Source: Methanotrichaceae archaeon
Lineage (GTDB): Archaea > Halobacteriota > Methanosarcinia > Methanotrichales > Methanotrichaceae
DNA length: 55,397 nucleotides
Assembly: GCA_963754945.1 (NCBI GenBank)
Contig: CAVWIG010000020.1
Span: forward strand, 1 to 55,397
Direction of reading: 5' to 3'
Shown: piece after piece, positions 42,780 through 53,832 of the stretch
Layout of the letters: each line of letters begins with the position of its first letter
Position numbering within the stretch: position 1 is the stretch's first letter
The notes under the pieces: model-generated
What the model was told of the DNA's origin: nothing
The model's database searches: none
Seen by the model: only the letters and a program-made list of their open reading frames with translations
Made by a program: the position numbers and the translations under genes

Positions 42780-43595
42780 ATGGACGAGAGCTGGCATGCA
42801 AGCAGGATAGAGAAGCCAAAGACGTATTGGAAAGAGGAACATCTGGACCCCGACCCGACATTCCGCGCCCGGAAGTGTCTGGAGATCAGCGGAGCCAAGA
42901 GGCGCGAGATGGAGGTGGACGTGGCTGTCGAGGAGAACGTGAATATCGTACTCAACGGCGGTTGTGTAACTGTCTTGGCTGCCCTGCCAGCTCAGCTCAG
43001 GGAGATGGCAGTCGGCTTTTTAATCGGCGAGGGGTTGGTGGAAAGCTTCCAGGACATAAGCTCCGTTAAGGAAGAGAAAGGAACTCTGATCTGTGAGACC
43101 CGAGATGGAAAGGCTGCTCCCTGGAAAGGGCACCAGTGTTGCAGCGTAGGGGGAGCTGCCATCCAGAACCTGAAATCGATCGATTCAAAGATCAGGATTA
43201 AGGCCAGTGCGCTTCTAGGCGCAGTGGACCAGCTAGACGAGTCCGCTAAATTGTGGCGCAGGACAGGAGCCACTCACACCTCCATCATCTGCGATGTGGA
43301 TGGAAAGATCCTGGCTTCACGTGAAGATGTCAGCCGGTCAAGCTCAGTGGATAAGATCGTTGGGGCGGCTCTCCTGGCGGGATTGGATCTATCCGGGTTC
43401 GCCTTGATCACCAGCGGCAGACTATCGGGCGTAATGGTGGCCAAGGCCGCGAGAGCTGGTTTTCCAGTCCTGGTGAGCAGGAGCGCGCCTATGAACTCAG
43501 GCGTGGAGCTGGCAGAGAAGATCGGGATGACGCTTGTGGCTTTTGCCAGGAGCCCGAACCTGTATGTGTACGCGGGGGAGGAACGGATTATCTGA
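42780..43595 (+). CDS. fdhD: Formate dehydrogenase accessory sulfurtransferase
   Basis: VAVEE, AVGFL, TGATH, EDVSR...DK..G, TSGR, SRSAP. Confidence 0.92.
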   Translation: MDESWHASRIEKPKTYWKEEHLDPDPTFRARKCLEISGAKRREMEVDVAVEENVNIVLNGGCVTVLAALPAQLREMAVGFLIGEGLVESFQDISSVKEEKGTLICETRDGKAAPWKGHQCCSVGGAAIQNLKSIDSKIRIKASALLGAVDQLDESAKLWRRTGATHTSIICDVDGKILASREDVSRSSSVDKIVGAALLAGLDLSGFALITSGRLSGVMVAKAARAGFPVLVSRSAPMNSGVELAEKIGMTLVAFARSPNLYVYAGEERII

Positions 43596-44463
43596 TTATG
43601 TAGCTCAGCGACCGTCTCCTATTCGGTTTAGCCGGCTGCAACCACGCCTAAAAGATCAAGGTAGCATAGAAGGTCTTTTGTTACCGATATTGATCATAAG
43701 TTTCCTTCTAAATGCTTCTTAACATTGGAAATCGCCTCACCTACCATTGTCCTAGTGACCGATGCAGTAGCATGAGCACAATCGTTCCTGGTCGTTGCAA
43801 TAGCTTCGAGATATTTCTTCTTAGGACTTACGCACTTGGCAGAATCTTCTTATATTGCATATGCTATATTAATACCAACAAATAAATGGGATAGGGCTGA
43901 ACTTGAATCCTTCCAAGTGCGATGATCTTGATTATATTCACTTTCTGATAGCATCAGTAGATGTTTTTACCTGTACTGAGGCTGCAAGGTGCCAGCCAGT
44001 AGGAGAAAATAGTCCATCGCATGATGCATTTACCCGTCTTCTACAAAGACAGCCTCCAGATACGGATACGTTGTGGAATGAGGTAAAGGATATTGTTCAG
44101 CCTCAAAATGGTTTCTTGGTTATTGACGATACGACGTTGGACAAGCCATATGCTAAAAATATGAGCCTAGTCTATCATCAATGGAGTGGAAAACAGCATC
44201 GATTGGTGAATGGAATCAATATTTGTACGTTGCTGTGGACAGATGGAAACGCTATAATTCCCGTTGATTTCCGAATCTACGATATAGATGTCGACGGCAA
44301 GACAAAAAATGATCATTTTCGAGATATGCTTGCCAAAGCAAAAGAACGGCGTTTTCAGCCCTGTATTGTTCTCTTCGATAGCTGGTATGCCAGTGTAGAT
44401 AATCTCAAAACCATACGAAAGTCTGGATGGCACTGGCTGACCCGATTGAAGAAAAATAGGCTA

Positions 44464-45645
44464 GTGCACCATAACATTAATTTTGCAAATTAATATAATG
44501 CCTGTTTAGCTTTAATCTTGCATCATTCTTCGTGAATTTCCATCTTACAGTAGTTTTTTTTGCGTTACGTTCTTGTGCCCACACCGAAGCCTCTTTGGTT
44601 AAAGTATCGATGTCTCCAATCCGACGATCGAGGCATTGCTTCGATAGGGCTGAGAGTTCTATCTCAGCCATGTTGAGCCAGCTACCTTTCTTTGGCGTAT
44701 AATAATATTCGAACTCCTTAGCCAGCTCAAACGCCTCTTCAGGCGCAAAAGCATTATAAAATGAGCCTGAAGTATGCGTATTGAGATTATCCTGGACCAA
44801 TCGAATGGATTCTACACCTGGATATTGCTGGGTAAGTTCTTTCATGAAATGGGCGTAGTCCACCCTTGTCCTGTGCTCCATGACACGAATCATTCTTTTT
44901 CCTGCATGAAGATCAAAAGCAATAAGGATGCAACATGTCCCGTTACGGACGTATTCATAATGCACCTTCTTCGGACTGCCTGGTTTCATGGGTATAGGCA
45001 CTAAGACATCGCCTATCAGTTGGCATGGCCTCTCGTCGAAACAAACCACAGGATGCCTCGGATCATATGGTTGCTCGTACAGAGTTAATACATTTTCCAT
45101 GTTCCAGATATATTCGCTCGTCATGCTCCCTATGCACCATCGCTGTTTGAGCCATGGCTTTATTTCATTTTTTTTAACGCTCTGCAAACGCTCATTCCTG
45201 AGATCGAGTCCACTTCCCCCAGCTCAACAAGCTTGTCGGCCAATAGATTCAGCGTCCATCTCGATCTGCCTTCAGGCGGATCTGAGCAAGCAATGCCGGT
45301 CAGTTTAGCCTCAACTCGTGCATCTATCTTCGGAGGCGCTCCACTGCGAGATCTTTCATTCAATGCAGATTCCAGGCCACCCTCGAAATATCTCTTTCTT
45401 ATCCTCACTATTGTCGTTCTGCTCGCCTTCAATGCATCAATGATCTCCGCATCGGATTGCCCTCCATCGGCCAGGAGCAGTATTCTTGCGCGAGTTAAAC
45501 TCCTTGCAGACGACTTCCCACGACGGATGTACTGGTTCAACTCTTCTCGTTCTTTCTCTTCCAGTTTCACACAGAATATTGTTTTTCTTGCCACGATCTA
45601 TATTCTAGACCTTTTATAAGATTTAAAACTTGCGTTATGGTGCAC
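44464..45645 (-). mobile_element. IS630-family element, copy 2 (intact)
   Basis: TIR GTGCACCATAAC at both ends; TA at 44462-44463 and 45646-45647 in a CTAG site; near-identical to copy 1. Confidence 0.96.
44477..45594 (-). CDS. IS630 transposase (orfA+orfB, -1 frameshift at A8)
   Basis: orfA 45594-45160 and orfB 45187-44477 overlap at an A8 run (T8 at 45168-45175). Confidence 0.92.
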
Positions 45646-47003
45646 TAGTGAATCCGAATAACACCAAAAATATGCAAATTCAGGAGATAGAGATACCGCT
45701 GCAAGGCAGGGAAGTGCATTTAAAAGCTTATGGTTTTATAAAAGTATTCCGGATAGTCTCTAATGACGGTGACATAGGATACTGGGCAACTGACGTGCTG
45801 GAGATAGACGAAGCTAAACGCGAAAAATTTGGTGGATATTCCTGGAAGATTGAGGAATATCACAGAGGCATAAAGCAATTCTGTGGAGTCGAAAGCTGTC
45901 AAGCAAGAAAAAGTCAGTCCCAGAGAGCACACATAATGTTCTCCCTGAGAGCGTTTCTCAGATTAGAAGTAGAAAGGCTTAGAATAGGAATAAGTTGGTT
46001 CGAATCTAAGCGAAGAATTATTCGCGAGTCAATTCGCGAATATATAAAATATCCTTATTATTCATTGTCGAAAGATTCAACTGCGTAAGTCCTACTTCTG
46101 ATTCAGAGTGATTTTATGGGCGTTGTAAAGAGCATCGATAAGAGGAGATAAAGTAGGTTTCTCTGGCAAGGAACCCAACTCCAATTCACATCTTGTTTTA
46201 AGATGCCTTTCAATGGCAATGCCTGCTAGAATGCCCGCCACCCGTAGGCAATACTCGTGGGTCTTTTCCTTCTTGAATATGTATTCAGCACAACCTAACT
46301 CGTTGTTTACAAGGTCGCTGCTGATAACTGTAAATAGGTCTATGCTTCTGACATCTACCACGCTAGGTATGCTATTTACTATATTTCTCTGGCAATCTAA
46401 TTGGTATTTAATATCCGCGATAGCACTGGATTTATATTCAGGTTCTCCATACTCTTGATGCAATTGAATATCGTAGAAAAGCCCTTCCACCTCTCCAGAG
46501 ATTTTAGAAGGGCGTTTATAGTAATATTCAAAATCCTCTACTCGATTGGGCAAATATGCCCGTACCAATTCATCCGCCCTATTGTACCATGTCTCATATT
46601 TTGCTGCAAGCTTTCTCAGGCGCGCCTGCTGTGAACTATTTCGTTTGAATACATAGACGTAATATGTGGACGCACCACTACCGAAGTCCAGTCCCTCCCT
46701 CTGTTGCTTCTGCATATCAATTTCGTCAACCAGATTGGCAGCTCTTTTCTCGATATCGAGTGCGATTGATTTTAATCGTGCAACTTCAATCCCAATAGCT
46801 CCTGCATGATGCTGTGTTGCGTAACTCAAGGCCATGATGCTGGCAGATGTCGATTTTGCTCATTTTACCTATCATTACTGATATGCCACGATGCATATCG
46901 GTTTTAGCAGAGTTATTCAACACAGCACCTGCATGAAGCATATTCCTGCATTCATAATGGCAATAGGCATAAACTTTTGCGCTATCCTTATACATCACTT
47001 AAA

Positions 47004-47413
47004 ACTCCTAGCGGTTCAAGGTCCTCTACATCTGCGGGAATTACTCCCTCATCTTGAGCCGATTGGAAGCCGCAGGTTCCAGGACCTGGAGATCCGCCGA
47101 GCCTTCACAGTCTTTCAGCTCATGAACATTCTTGAAGAGGCCCGTCACTCCTTGATTATCATCGAGCACGATCCCCTGCTCTACGAGGACGTCCAAGGGA
47201 TGGTTGAGTACGTCTCCCAAGGTTTACACGATGCTGCCAAGATGCCGCAGTCCTGCTTTACTCACCTGGAACCGATACGTTCCTGGAGGATATGATCAGA
47301 AATGCCGACAGATTATTCTACTTCGACGAGGGGCCGAGAGCTACGACGAAGCTTATTTCGAAAGCTTATCCAAAAGCGCAGAAGAGCCAGACCACCCCAG
47401 AGGCCTGGACATG
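47004..47413 (+). pseudogene. Decayed copy A of a repeated RecA/RadB-like hypothetical gene
   Basis: IRRAFTVFQLMNILEEARHSLIIIEHDPLLYED with frameshifts; homologous to 50880-51030 and 53833-54259. Confidence 0.7.
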
Positions 47414-47745
47414 ATCAAATTACCGTGGAAACGAGAGGCTAGACCACTTGAGCCCAGGCGGATGGTCAATCCCAAACTCATGGAACTCCAGACAGCCAAG
47501 CAGATCCTCGAGGAGATCTATATAATTTACCGGTACTTTGGAGATGTAAGTAGGAAATTTGATCCATCCATGAGATTATCATATATCGAACAAAAAGCTT
47601 CTTTATCCTGTGCGGTGGAAGGGACCCCCGCTCTAGTTTACTAGTAATGAGTAGCCGAATTTAAGGGCGAGCCTGGCACTAAGGTTGCATAACCTAAAAG
47701 AGAAGGGTGCTCAATAAAGTAGGAGCAGAGGGGATCAACATAGTC

Positions 47746-48315
47746 ATGCAAAAGGAGCCCGAGCCAATACCTGTCTATCAGCTTAGGATAACTCTCGACG
47801 GCATCAAACCGCCGATCTGGCGCAGGATTCAGGTTAGAGGGGATATATCCCTATTCAAGCTGCACAAGATCATTCAGGCGGCGATGAGATGGGAAAATTA
47901 TCATCTGCATCAATTCATAGTTGGTGAGGATTACTATGCCATTTCATCGCCGGAGGACGACTGGCCTATGGAAACAAAGAATGAGAAGCGAACCAAGCTC
48001 TTCCAGGTTGCGCCCTCCGAGAAGGCCAGGTTCATTTACGAGTACGACTTCGGCGATAGCTGGTATCATGATATATTGGTGGAGACGATATTACACCCAG
48101 TGGGGGATCAAAAGCATCCCGTCTGTCTGGCTGGCAAGCACTCAAGGCCGCCAGAAGACTGCGGCGGGATAGGCGGATATTACGAGTTTCTGGAGGCCGT
48201 GAGCGACCCTAAGCATCCGGATCACGAAGACATGCTGAACTGGGCTGGAGGAGATTTCGACCCAGAGAGGTTCGATAAAGAGGAGGTTAACCGCCTTTTG
48301 ATCAAGATAAAGTAG
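47746..48315 (+). CDS. Plasmid pRiA4b ORF-3 family protein
   Basis: YQLRITL..IKPPIWRRI, LHKIIQ, W.NYHLHQF, YEYDFGDSW, PPEDCGG. Confidence 0.93.
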   Translation: MQKEPEPIPVYQLRITLDGIKPPIWRRIQVRGDISLFKLHKIIQAAMRWENYHLHQFIVGEDYYAISSPEDDWPMETKNEKRTKLFQVAPSEKARFIYEYDFGDSWYHDILVETILHPVGDQKHPVCLAGKHSRPPEDCGGIGGYYEFLEAVSDPKHPDHEDMLNWAGGDFDPERFDKEEVNRLLIKIK

Positions 48316-48780
48316 ATGCAAGCTTATCGAAATTCAGATTGCCCCAATCCAGCTATTGCATTTCATAGAAGCAAAAGATCGATCGACGGGTGGTCTACCG
48401 GTATCGAGTTGATGAACATGAAAATCGCTGCACGAGACCTTGTCTGCCCAGATGGTATCTACAGAGCGTCAATCGATAGCGTTAGCCTCTTCTTTGCCCA
48501 CCATGTGATCCGCGGACGATCGGCCAACTCAATGAGGGTAGACTACAGATCGACGAGATGGACTCATAACTTCCAGAAGCCGGTCCAATGCGGAGGTTGG
48601 AGGATTATATAATTTCACGAATTAGAACACTTTGTGACGCTGCAAGTTCAGGTTGCTGTTCAAAGGCTCGGATGAACCGCTCTCTGGATTGTAGGACGTT
48701 GAAGGACCTTGACCTTAGGTTGATTGTATTGAAATGATGTGAGATACCATCTGATAAACATTCTTAAAAGCATGGAAGTT

Positions 48781-49788
48781 ATGGCCGAATCCATGTTCAA
48801 GCTCGGGGAATACTATGAGGATGTAGCCAGAGATATCGCCGACCACCTTAAGGATGCCGGTTTGAAGGTAGATATCAGAACCTTCACCTCTAGCCATCTA
48901 GAGCTCTTTCACTATCTGGAAGGCAGGATGAGCGAGATTAAGGGAGAATTAGATGAAGAGAAATACAACAGGTACGCGCGGTTCCTGGATGCATTGCGAA
49001 AAGTTCTAGCTGAATGAGCCACTTTCGAGAACTTCCGTGAATGGCTTCAACTAGAACTAGATCCACAGATAAATGAGAAAAGGAGGCAGTTCTGCGAGAT
49101 CATGGGAAGGCAGTCTTTCTCAGGAAGAACTGGGAGTAAAGAGGCAGGAGTCCGCCGGGTTAATGCCGGACCTTCTCGAGATGTCTAATGCAGAGTCTTT
49201 TGTCGACACGACCCTGGAACGAAATGAAATCAAGATCGGTGAAGAGGTGGGAGGCCGGCTGGATGATCCCATTATACGCATCTTCGCCGACGAGGTGGAG
49301 AATGATGAAAGCAAGTTGGCAAGGACGATAACGGTCTTCACCGTAGAACCGCGAGCCGAGGTTTATGTTGATGAGTTTTCCGCACTCTTCTCCGAGGATA
49401 TAGAAGATGAGTTTAAAGACGAATACGATGATGAGGAATACACGTGCCTTGTCTTCCTCGGCAAGCTAATCTCTGAGCTGATAGAACCCTCCTCGGGCAA
49501 GATAGACATGGAGACGTTCTCCGAGAGATGCGAATTTCGGTCGTGGGTGAATATTGCTGAAAATCATTGCCCAAATCAGGTGTTAAGGGTCGATTTCCCG
49601 GTAAATATCCATTTGGACACTTGTTAGCGCTTTTCAGTAGCTCACATAAGCGACCCGAATTTCAGATGGAAAACAAAGGTGATCTCCTAGAGGTAAGCGG
49701 CAGAAGAGCGGCCGAGGAGCTGGCAAGGTCGTTAGAAAAGAACGACATAATAAAGGTCAAGGGCGACAGCATCAAGTGGAAGCGTTAG
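48781..49788 (+). pseudogene. Acidic hypothetical protein, fragmented (stop, frameshifts, MITE insertion)
   Basis: Three consecutive ORF pieces form one acidic reading; TGA at 49015; MITE removal restores CEFQMENKG. Confidence 0.7.
49539..49655. mobile_element. 117-bp MITE-like insertion
   Basis: 8-bp TSD CGAATTTC at 49531-49538 and 49656-49663; imperfect TIR GGTCG..GTGA..CTGAAAA. Confidence 0.85.
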
Positions 49789-50061
49789 TAGTTGGATAGG
49801 CTTCATTTGAGCTCCAATCTGCAATCCTCCTTACGACTCTACAAGGGCCTCGTAGACCTCGTAAGAAGGTTGAGGGTCCTGGGTGTGTAAAGCCCTGGAC
49901 GTGAGGTTTGTCGAGAGAGCCCGGACAGCCTGGAGGCCATTAAACACCTTCAGCTCGCTTTTAGTTCGATGAGCCTTGGGGGACTTGTTTCAAGACGGAT
50001 CAAGCGAAGTCTTTTTCTTCATTGAGAACGCCAGCCGTCTTTGGGGAAATGGAGGATTAAT

Positions 50062-50871
50062 ATGACGAATAGAAATTTAATAGTACCTATGGTATTAGCT
50101 ATCCTAATAGCGATGTTAATCTGCAATGCTACAAATGATTCCACGGGGAAGCTATCGGACCTCTGGAGCTGGGGTGATCTTCCTGCAGGTTATACGATGA
50201 ATGACAATCAGATCATTCAGGGGTCTCCTCTTGAACCCGGTAACGAGTCTGTAATGGAAACACCTTCTCAACTGGAGCCTGATAACAACGTCGGAAACAC
50301 TGTAGAAGGGATGTTAGTCAGGCCAAACATGGCTGGCCAGAATATTTTGTCGAACATCAACCAGAACGCATCGAATTCCACGAACTTCACTGCAAAATCT
50401 ACAAATGCGTCAACCGGGAAGCTATCGGACCTCTGGAACTGGGGTGGTCTTCCTGCAGGTTATACGATGAATGACAATCAGATCATTCAGGGGTCTCCCC
50501 TCGAACCCGGTAACGAGTCTGTAATGGAAACACCTTCTCAACTGGAGCCTGATAACAACGTCGGAAACACTGTAGAAGGGATGTTAGTCAGGCCAAACAT
50601 GGCTGGCCAGAATATTTTGTCGAACATCAACCAGAACGCATCGAATTCCACGAACTTCACTGCAAAATCTACAAATGCGTCAACCGGGAAGCTATCGGAC
50701 CTCTGGAACTGGGGTGGTCTTCCTGCAGGTTATACGATGAATGACAATCAGATCATTCAGGGGTCTCCCCTCGAACCCGGTAACGAGTCTGTAATGGAAA
50801 CACCTTCTCAACTGGAGCCTGATAACAACGTCGGAAACACCGTAGAAGGGATGTTAGTCAGGCCAACGTGA
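50062..50871 (+). CDS. Secreted protein with 90-aa tandem repeats
   Basis: GGAGG RBS, signal peptide, repeated GKLSDLW(S/N)WG.LPAGY unit, many N-x-S/T sequons. Confidence 0.8.
   Translation: MTNRNLIVPMVLAILIAMLICNATNDSTGKLSDLWSWGDLPAGYTMNDNQIIQGSPLEPGNESVMETPSQLEPDNNVGNTVEGMLVRPNMAGQNILSNINQNASNSTNFTAKSTNASTGKLSDLWNWGGLPAGYTMNDNQIIQGSPLEPGNESVMETPSQLEPDNNVGNTVEGMLVRPNMAGQNILSNINQNASNSTNFTAKSTNASTGKLSDLWNWGGLPAGYTMNDNQIIQGSPLEPGNESVMETPSQLEPDNNVGNTVEGMLVRPT
50129..50867 (+). repeat. 270-bp tandem repeat, about 2.7 copies
   Basis: GGGAAGCTATCGGACCTCTGG at 50146, 50416 and 50686; copies nearly identical. Confidence 0.96.
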
Positions 50872-50879
50872 GAAACGTG

Positions 50880-51030
50880 AGTGTCCAATCCCTTAGGTAG
50901 TCTGGCTCTTCTGCGCTTTCGGCCCCTCGTCGAAGTAGAATATTCAGTCGGCATCTAGCAAGATCCACTAAGAACGTATCTGTTCCAGGTGACTAAAGCA
51001 GGACAGGGCCTCTTGGAGGCACTGTTCAAT
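50880..51030 (-). pseudogene. Decayed copy B (3' part) of the repeated RecA/RadB-like gene
   Basis: Shares GTCTGGCTCTTCTGCGCTTT, CCCCTCGTCGAAGTAGAATA and CCAGGTGA.TAAAGCAGGAC with the other copies. Confidence 0.7.
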
Positions 51031-51691
51031 CGCCTAGTACTACATTTTTATATACGTTGATCGTCGTATAGAAGTATCAGGGCAAGGTCGTCTGATCACC
51101 TATTTTCCCCTCCTACATCACAGAGGCTTTTGCCCTCCCTCCTTATTCCTCTTTAGTCTGCACTTTAGGATTTCCTGTTCCCAGACCGCCGATCCAATGG
51201 GCCGTATATCACTATTACTACAATTGAGACACTCGACGGTTCCTTTGGTAGCATGCCAGCTTTGATGTAAAATAGTAGTAATATCAAGTGCCAATAACCG
51301 GCTTGATGTGAACAAAATAACAGCAAGTTATGTCTTCACAAGATATAATAATTAGCCCTGGATGGAGCCAGCTTCTCCGGGCTACTTGTTACAAGCGGAG
51401 AGGATAAAAGCGCGAGACGTGTTAGCTAGATGGTTGTAGTTCAGGCTCTCTTAGAGCCTTTTTGAACTTTGTAAATAATAGATGTATTGATACTGTATGT
51501 TTTAGTCCTAATGCGCAGGGTATTTCTGCCAACACATAAAGTATATCATCTCCTTTTTTTGATATCTGATCCAGGAAGAGGATTGAAACGCCCATGAGCT
51601 CCAGGCAGAGGCTCACACGTGACGGATGGGAAACAATATCCATCGACATGATAATTTCAGTTTCCCATGGGAAATTTGAGGAGGGATTTGA

Positions 51692-53785
51692 ATGAAGAAA
51701 GAATTGAAGAATAATTGCTGGCAGCCTTGGAAACATGCTGCCTTCAGTGCTATTATACTTGTATCGCTGGCTTTTGCCGTCTCTTGTGCGTGCGCGAGCG
51801 CGTCAGACGCCAAAGCGCCATCAAAGGCATTTGATCCGGCTAACATGAACCTGTCGGTTCGTCCAGGCGATGACTTCTATCAATACGTCGATGGAGGATG
51901 GATCAAGAGCCACCCGGTGCCCGCAAACAAATCTATGTATGACGATACAAAGATCCTGGATGATGAAACCAACACGCACCTCAAAGTAGTGATAGAAGAG
52001 GCTGCTAACAACACTACCCTCGAGAATGGCAGCACCCTGCAAAAGATTGCAACCCTCTATCGCATGGGCATGGACACGACCACCATTGATAAGCAAGGCA
52101 TCGATCCATTGAAGGAGGAATTTGGCCTCATACAGAATATATCAACGCCCACTGATGTCCAAATTGTATCTACTCGTTTACTGGAGCTGGGCATCGATCC
52201 TTTATTCCACTTCCATCCCGATGCTGACGCGAAGAATAGCAAAGTAATGGTGGCCATTCTCTCCCAAGGTGGTCTGGGCCTTCCTGACAGGGATTATTAC
52301 ATCAGACAGGATAACGACTCGGTAAAGACCCGAGCCCAATACCTGGATCACGTCATCAGGATGTTCGAGCTGCTCGGTGACAGACCGAACAATGCCTCGA
52401 AGAACTCGAAGACGATAATGAGAATGGAGACCAAGCTGGCAAATGCGTCATTCACCAATGTCGATGACAGGGATGCGGTGAAGACCTACAACAAGATGAG
52501 CCTGGATGAGCTCAAGACCTTAGCCCCGGGCATAAACTGGACGCGGTTCGTCTCGGATCTGGGTCGTCCAGACATCAAGGAGATCGACATCATGGAGCCC
52601 TCATTCGTTAAAGGGCTCGGCATCATGATGCAATCAGAGAGCGCAGCCGATTGGAAGACCTTCCTACGCTGGAATCTGATCTCGGCCACTGCACCCTATC
52701 TTGGGGCCAAGTTTGAAAACGAATCATTTGACTTTTATGGGCGGACACTGAACGGGCAGGAACAGATGGAGCCGCGCTGGAAGCGGGTCATAACCAGGAT
52801 GAATCATGGCCTGGGCGAAGCCATAGGCAGGTTGTACGTGGAGAAGTACTTTGATCCTGAGTCTAAGACCAAGATACAAGCGCTAGTGGGAAATCTCAAG
52901 TTGGCCCTCAGATACAGGATCCAGAACCTTACCTGGATGGAGAACTCCACCAAGGCCAAGGCTTTGAATAAGCTGGACAAGACGGATATCAAGGTAGGTT
53001 ATCCCGACAAATGGAGAGATTACTCTGGGCTGTTAATAAAGAACGACTCCTATGTCAGGAATACCCTTGCCACATGGAGCTTCGAGTTCTACCATGGCGA
53101 TTACGGAATAGACAAGATTGGAAAGCCTGTCGACACTAATGTATGGGAACTCTATCCACAAGAGGTCAATGCCGGAGAAGACCCCGTGAAAAATGTTCTG
53201 TTCTTCCCGGCCGGTATCCTGCAGTCTCCTTTCTTCAGCAAGGATGCAGACGATGCCATCAACTACGGAGGGATTGGCGCTGTGATAGGGCACGAGATGA
53301 CTCATGGCTTTGACGATCAGGGCAGGAAGTACGACGAGAACGGCAACCTGACCGACTGGTGGACCGAGAGCGATGCACAAAAGTTCAATGAGAGCACTCG
53401 AGCCCTGGTTGATGAATACAATAAGTTCGAGCCTTTGCCCGGTCTATTCATCAATGGCAACTTGACTCTAGGAGAGAACTTAGCTGATTTCGGTGGTTTG
53501 ACCGTGGCCTATCAAGCCTATAAGCTCTCCCAGAATGTAGATCCTGAGAAGATAGATGGGTTCACTGCAGATCAGAGATTTTTCTTGGGATACGCTCAGT
53601 CGTGGAGGACATCGATCAAGAATGAGATGTTGAGAACGGATGTGCAAACTGATGTGCATTCGCCTGCAAAGTACCGAGTCGATGGCGTTGTCTTCAATAT
53701 GCCGGAATTCTACGAGGCATTCCCGGAGATTAAGCTCAGCGATAAGATGTACAGACCAGAAGAGGAGAGACCAGTCATCTGGTAG
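51692..53785 (+). CDS. M13 family (neprilysin/PepO-like) metallopeptidase, secreted
   Basis: Signal peptide, DDFYQYV.GGW, VNA, FPAGILQ, GHEMTHGFDDQG (HExxH), GENLAD. Confidence 0.96.
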   Translation: MKKELKNNCWQPWKHAAFSAIILVSLAFAVSCACASASDAKAPSKAFDPANMNLSVRPGDDFYQYVDGGWIKSHPVPANKSMYDDTKILDDETNTHLKVVIEEAANNTTLENGSTLQKIATLYRMGMDTTTIDKQGIDPLKEEFGLIQNISTPTDVQIVSTRLLELGIDPLFHFHPDADAKNSKVMVAILSQGGLGLPDRDYYIRQDNDSVKTRAQYLDHVIRMFELLGDRPNNASKNSKTIMRMETKLANASFTNVDDRDAVKTYNKMSLDELKTLAPGINWTRFVSDLGRPDIKEIDIMEPSFVKGLGIMMQSESAADWKTFLRWNLISATAPYLGAKFENESFDFYGRTLNGQEQMEPRWKRVITRMNHGLGEAIGRLYVEKYFDPESKTKIQALVGNLKLALRYRIQNLTWMENSTKAKALNKLDKTDIKVGYPDKWRDYSGLLIKNDSYVRNTLATWSFEFYHGDYGIDKIGKPVDTNVWELYPQEVNAGEDPVKNVLFFPAGILQSPFFSKDADDAINYGGIGAVIGHEMTHGFDDQGRKYDENGNLTDWWTESDAQKFNESTRALVDEYNKFEPLPGLFINGNLTLGENLADFGGLTVAYQAYKLSQNVDPEKIDGFTADQRFFLGYAQSWRTSIKNEMLRTDVQTDVHSPAKYRVDGVVFNMPEFYEAFPEIKLSDKMYRPEEERPVIW

Positions 53786-53832
53786 TCATCTCCTTTATCC
53801 CTTTTTTGGATTGTTTTTTATTCCGGACGAGC

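Larger units (their letters stand above)
43903..46088 (+). pseudogene. IS701 transposase interrupted by IS630
   Basis: SHDAFTRLL, IDDTTLDK, FDSWY and WKIEEYHRGIKQ; removing the IS630 restores KKNRLVNP in frame. Confidence 0.92.
43822..46094 (+). mobile_element. IS701-family element carrying a nested IS630
   Basis: TIR TAGGACTTACGCA(C/G)TTG; 5-bp TSD CTTCT at 43817-43821 and 46095-46099. Confidence 0.93.
43694..46835 (-). pseudogene. HEPN-domain protein (about 287 aa) split by IS701
   Basis: ORF 46835-46095 (AGIAIERHLK...TLSPLIDAL) continues in frame at 43816-43694 as KYLEAIATTRNDCAH...EGNL*. Confidence 0.88.

Noticed and set aside
48316-48720. ORF 48316-48612 and nearby frames
   Set aside because: No recognisable motifs or RBS; cannot be supported.
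50129-50867. Possible CRISPR array
   Set aside because: Units are 270-bp in-frame coding repeats without unique spacers; no CRISPR array or cas gene was seen anywhere in the window.
51340-51430. attC-like AGCTAAC at the end of minus-strand ORF 51422-51736
   Set aside because: No paired R' or L boxes found, and the ORF itself is doubtful.
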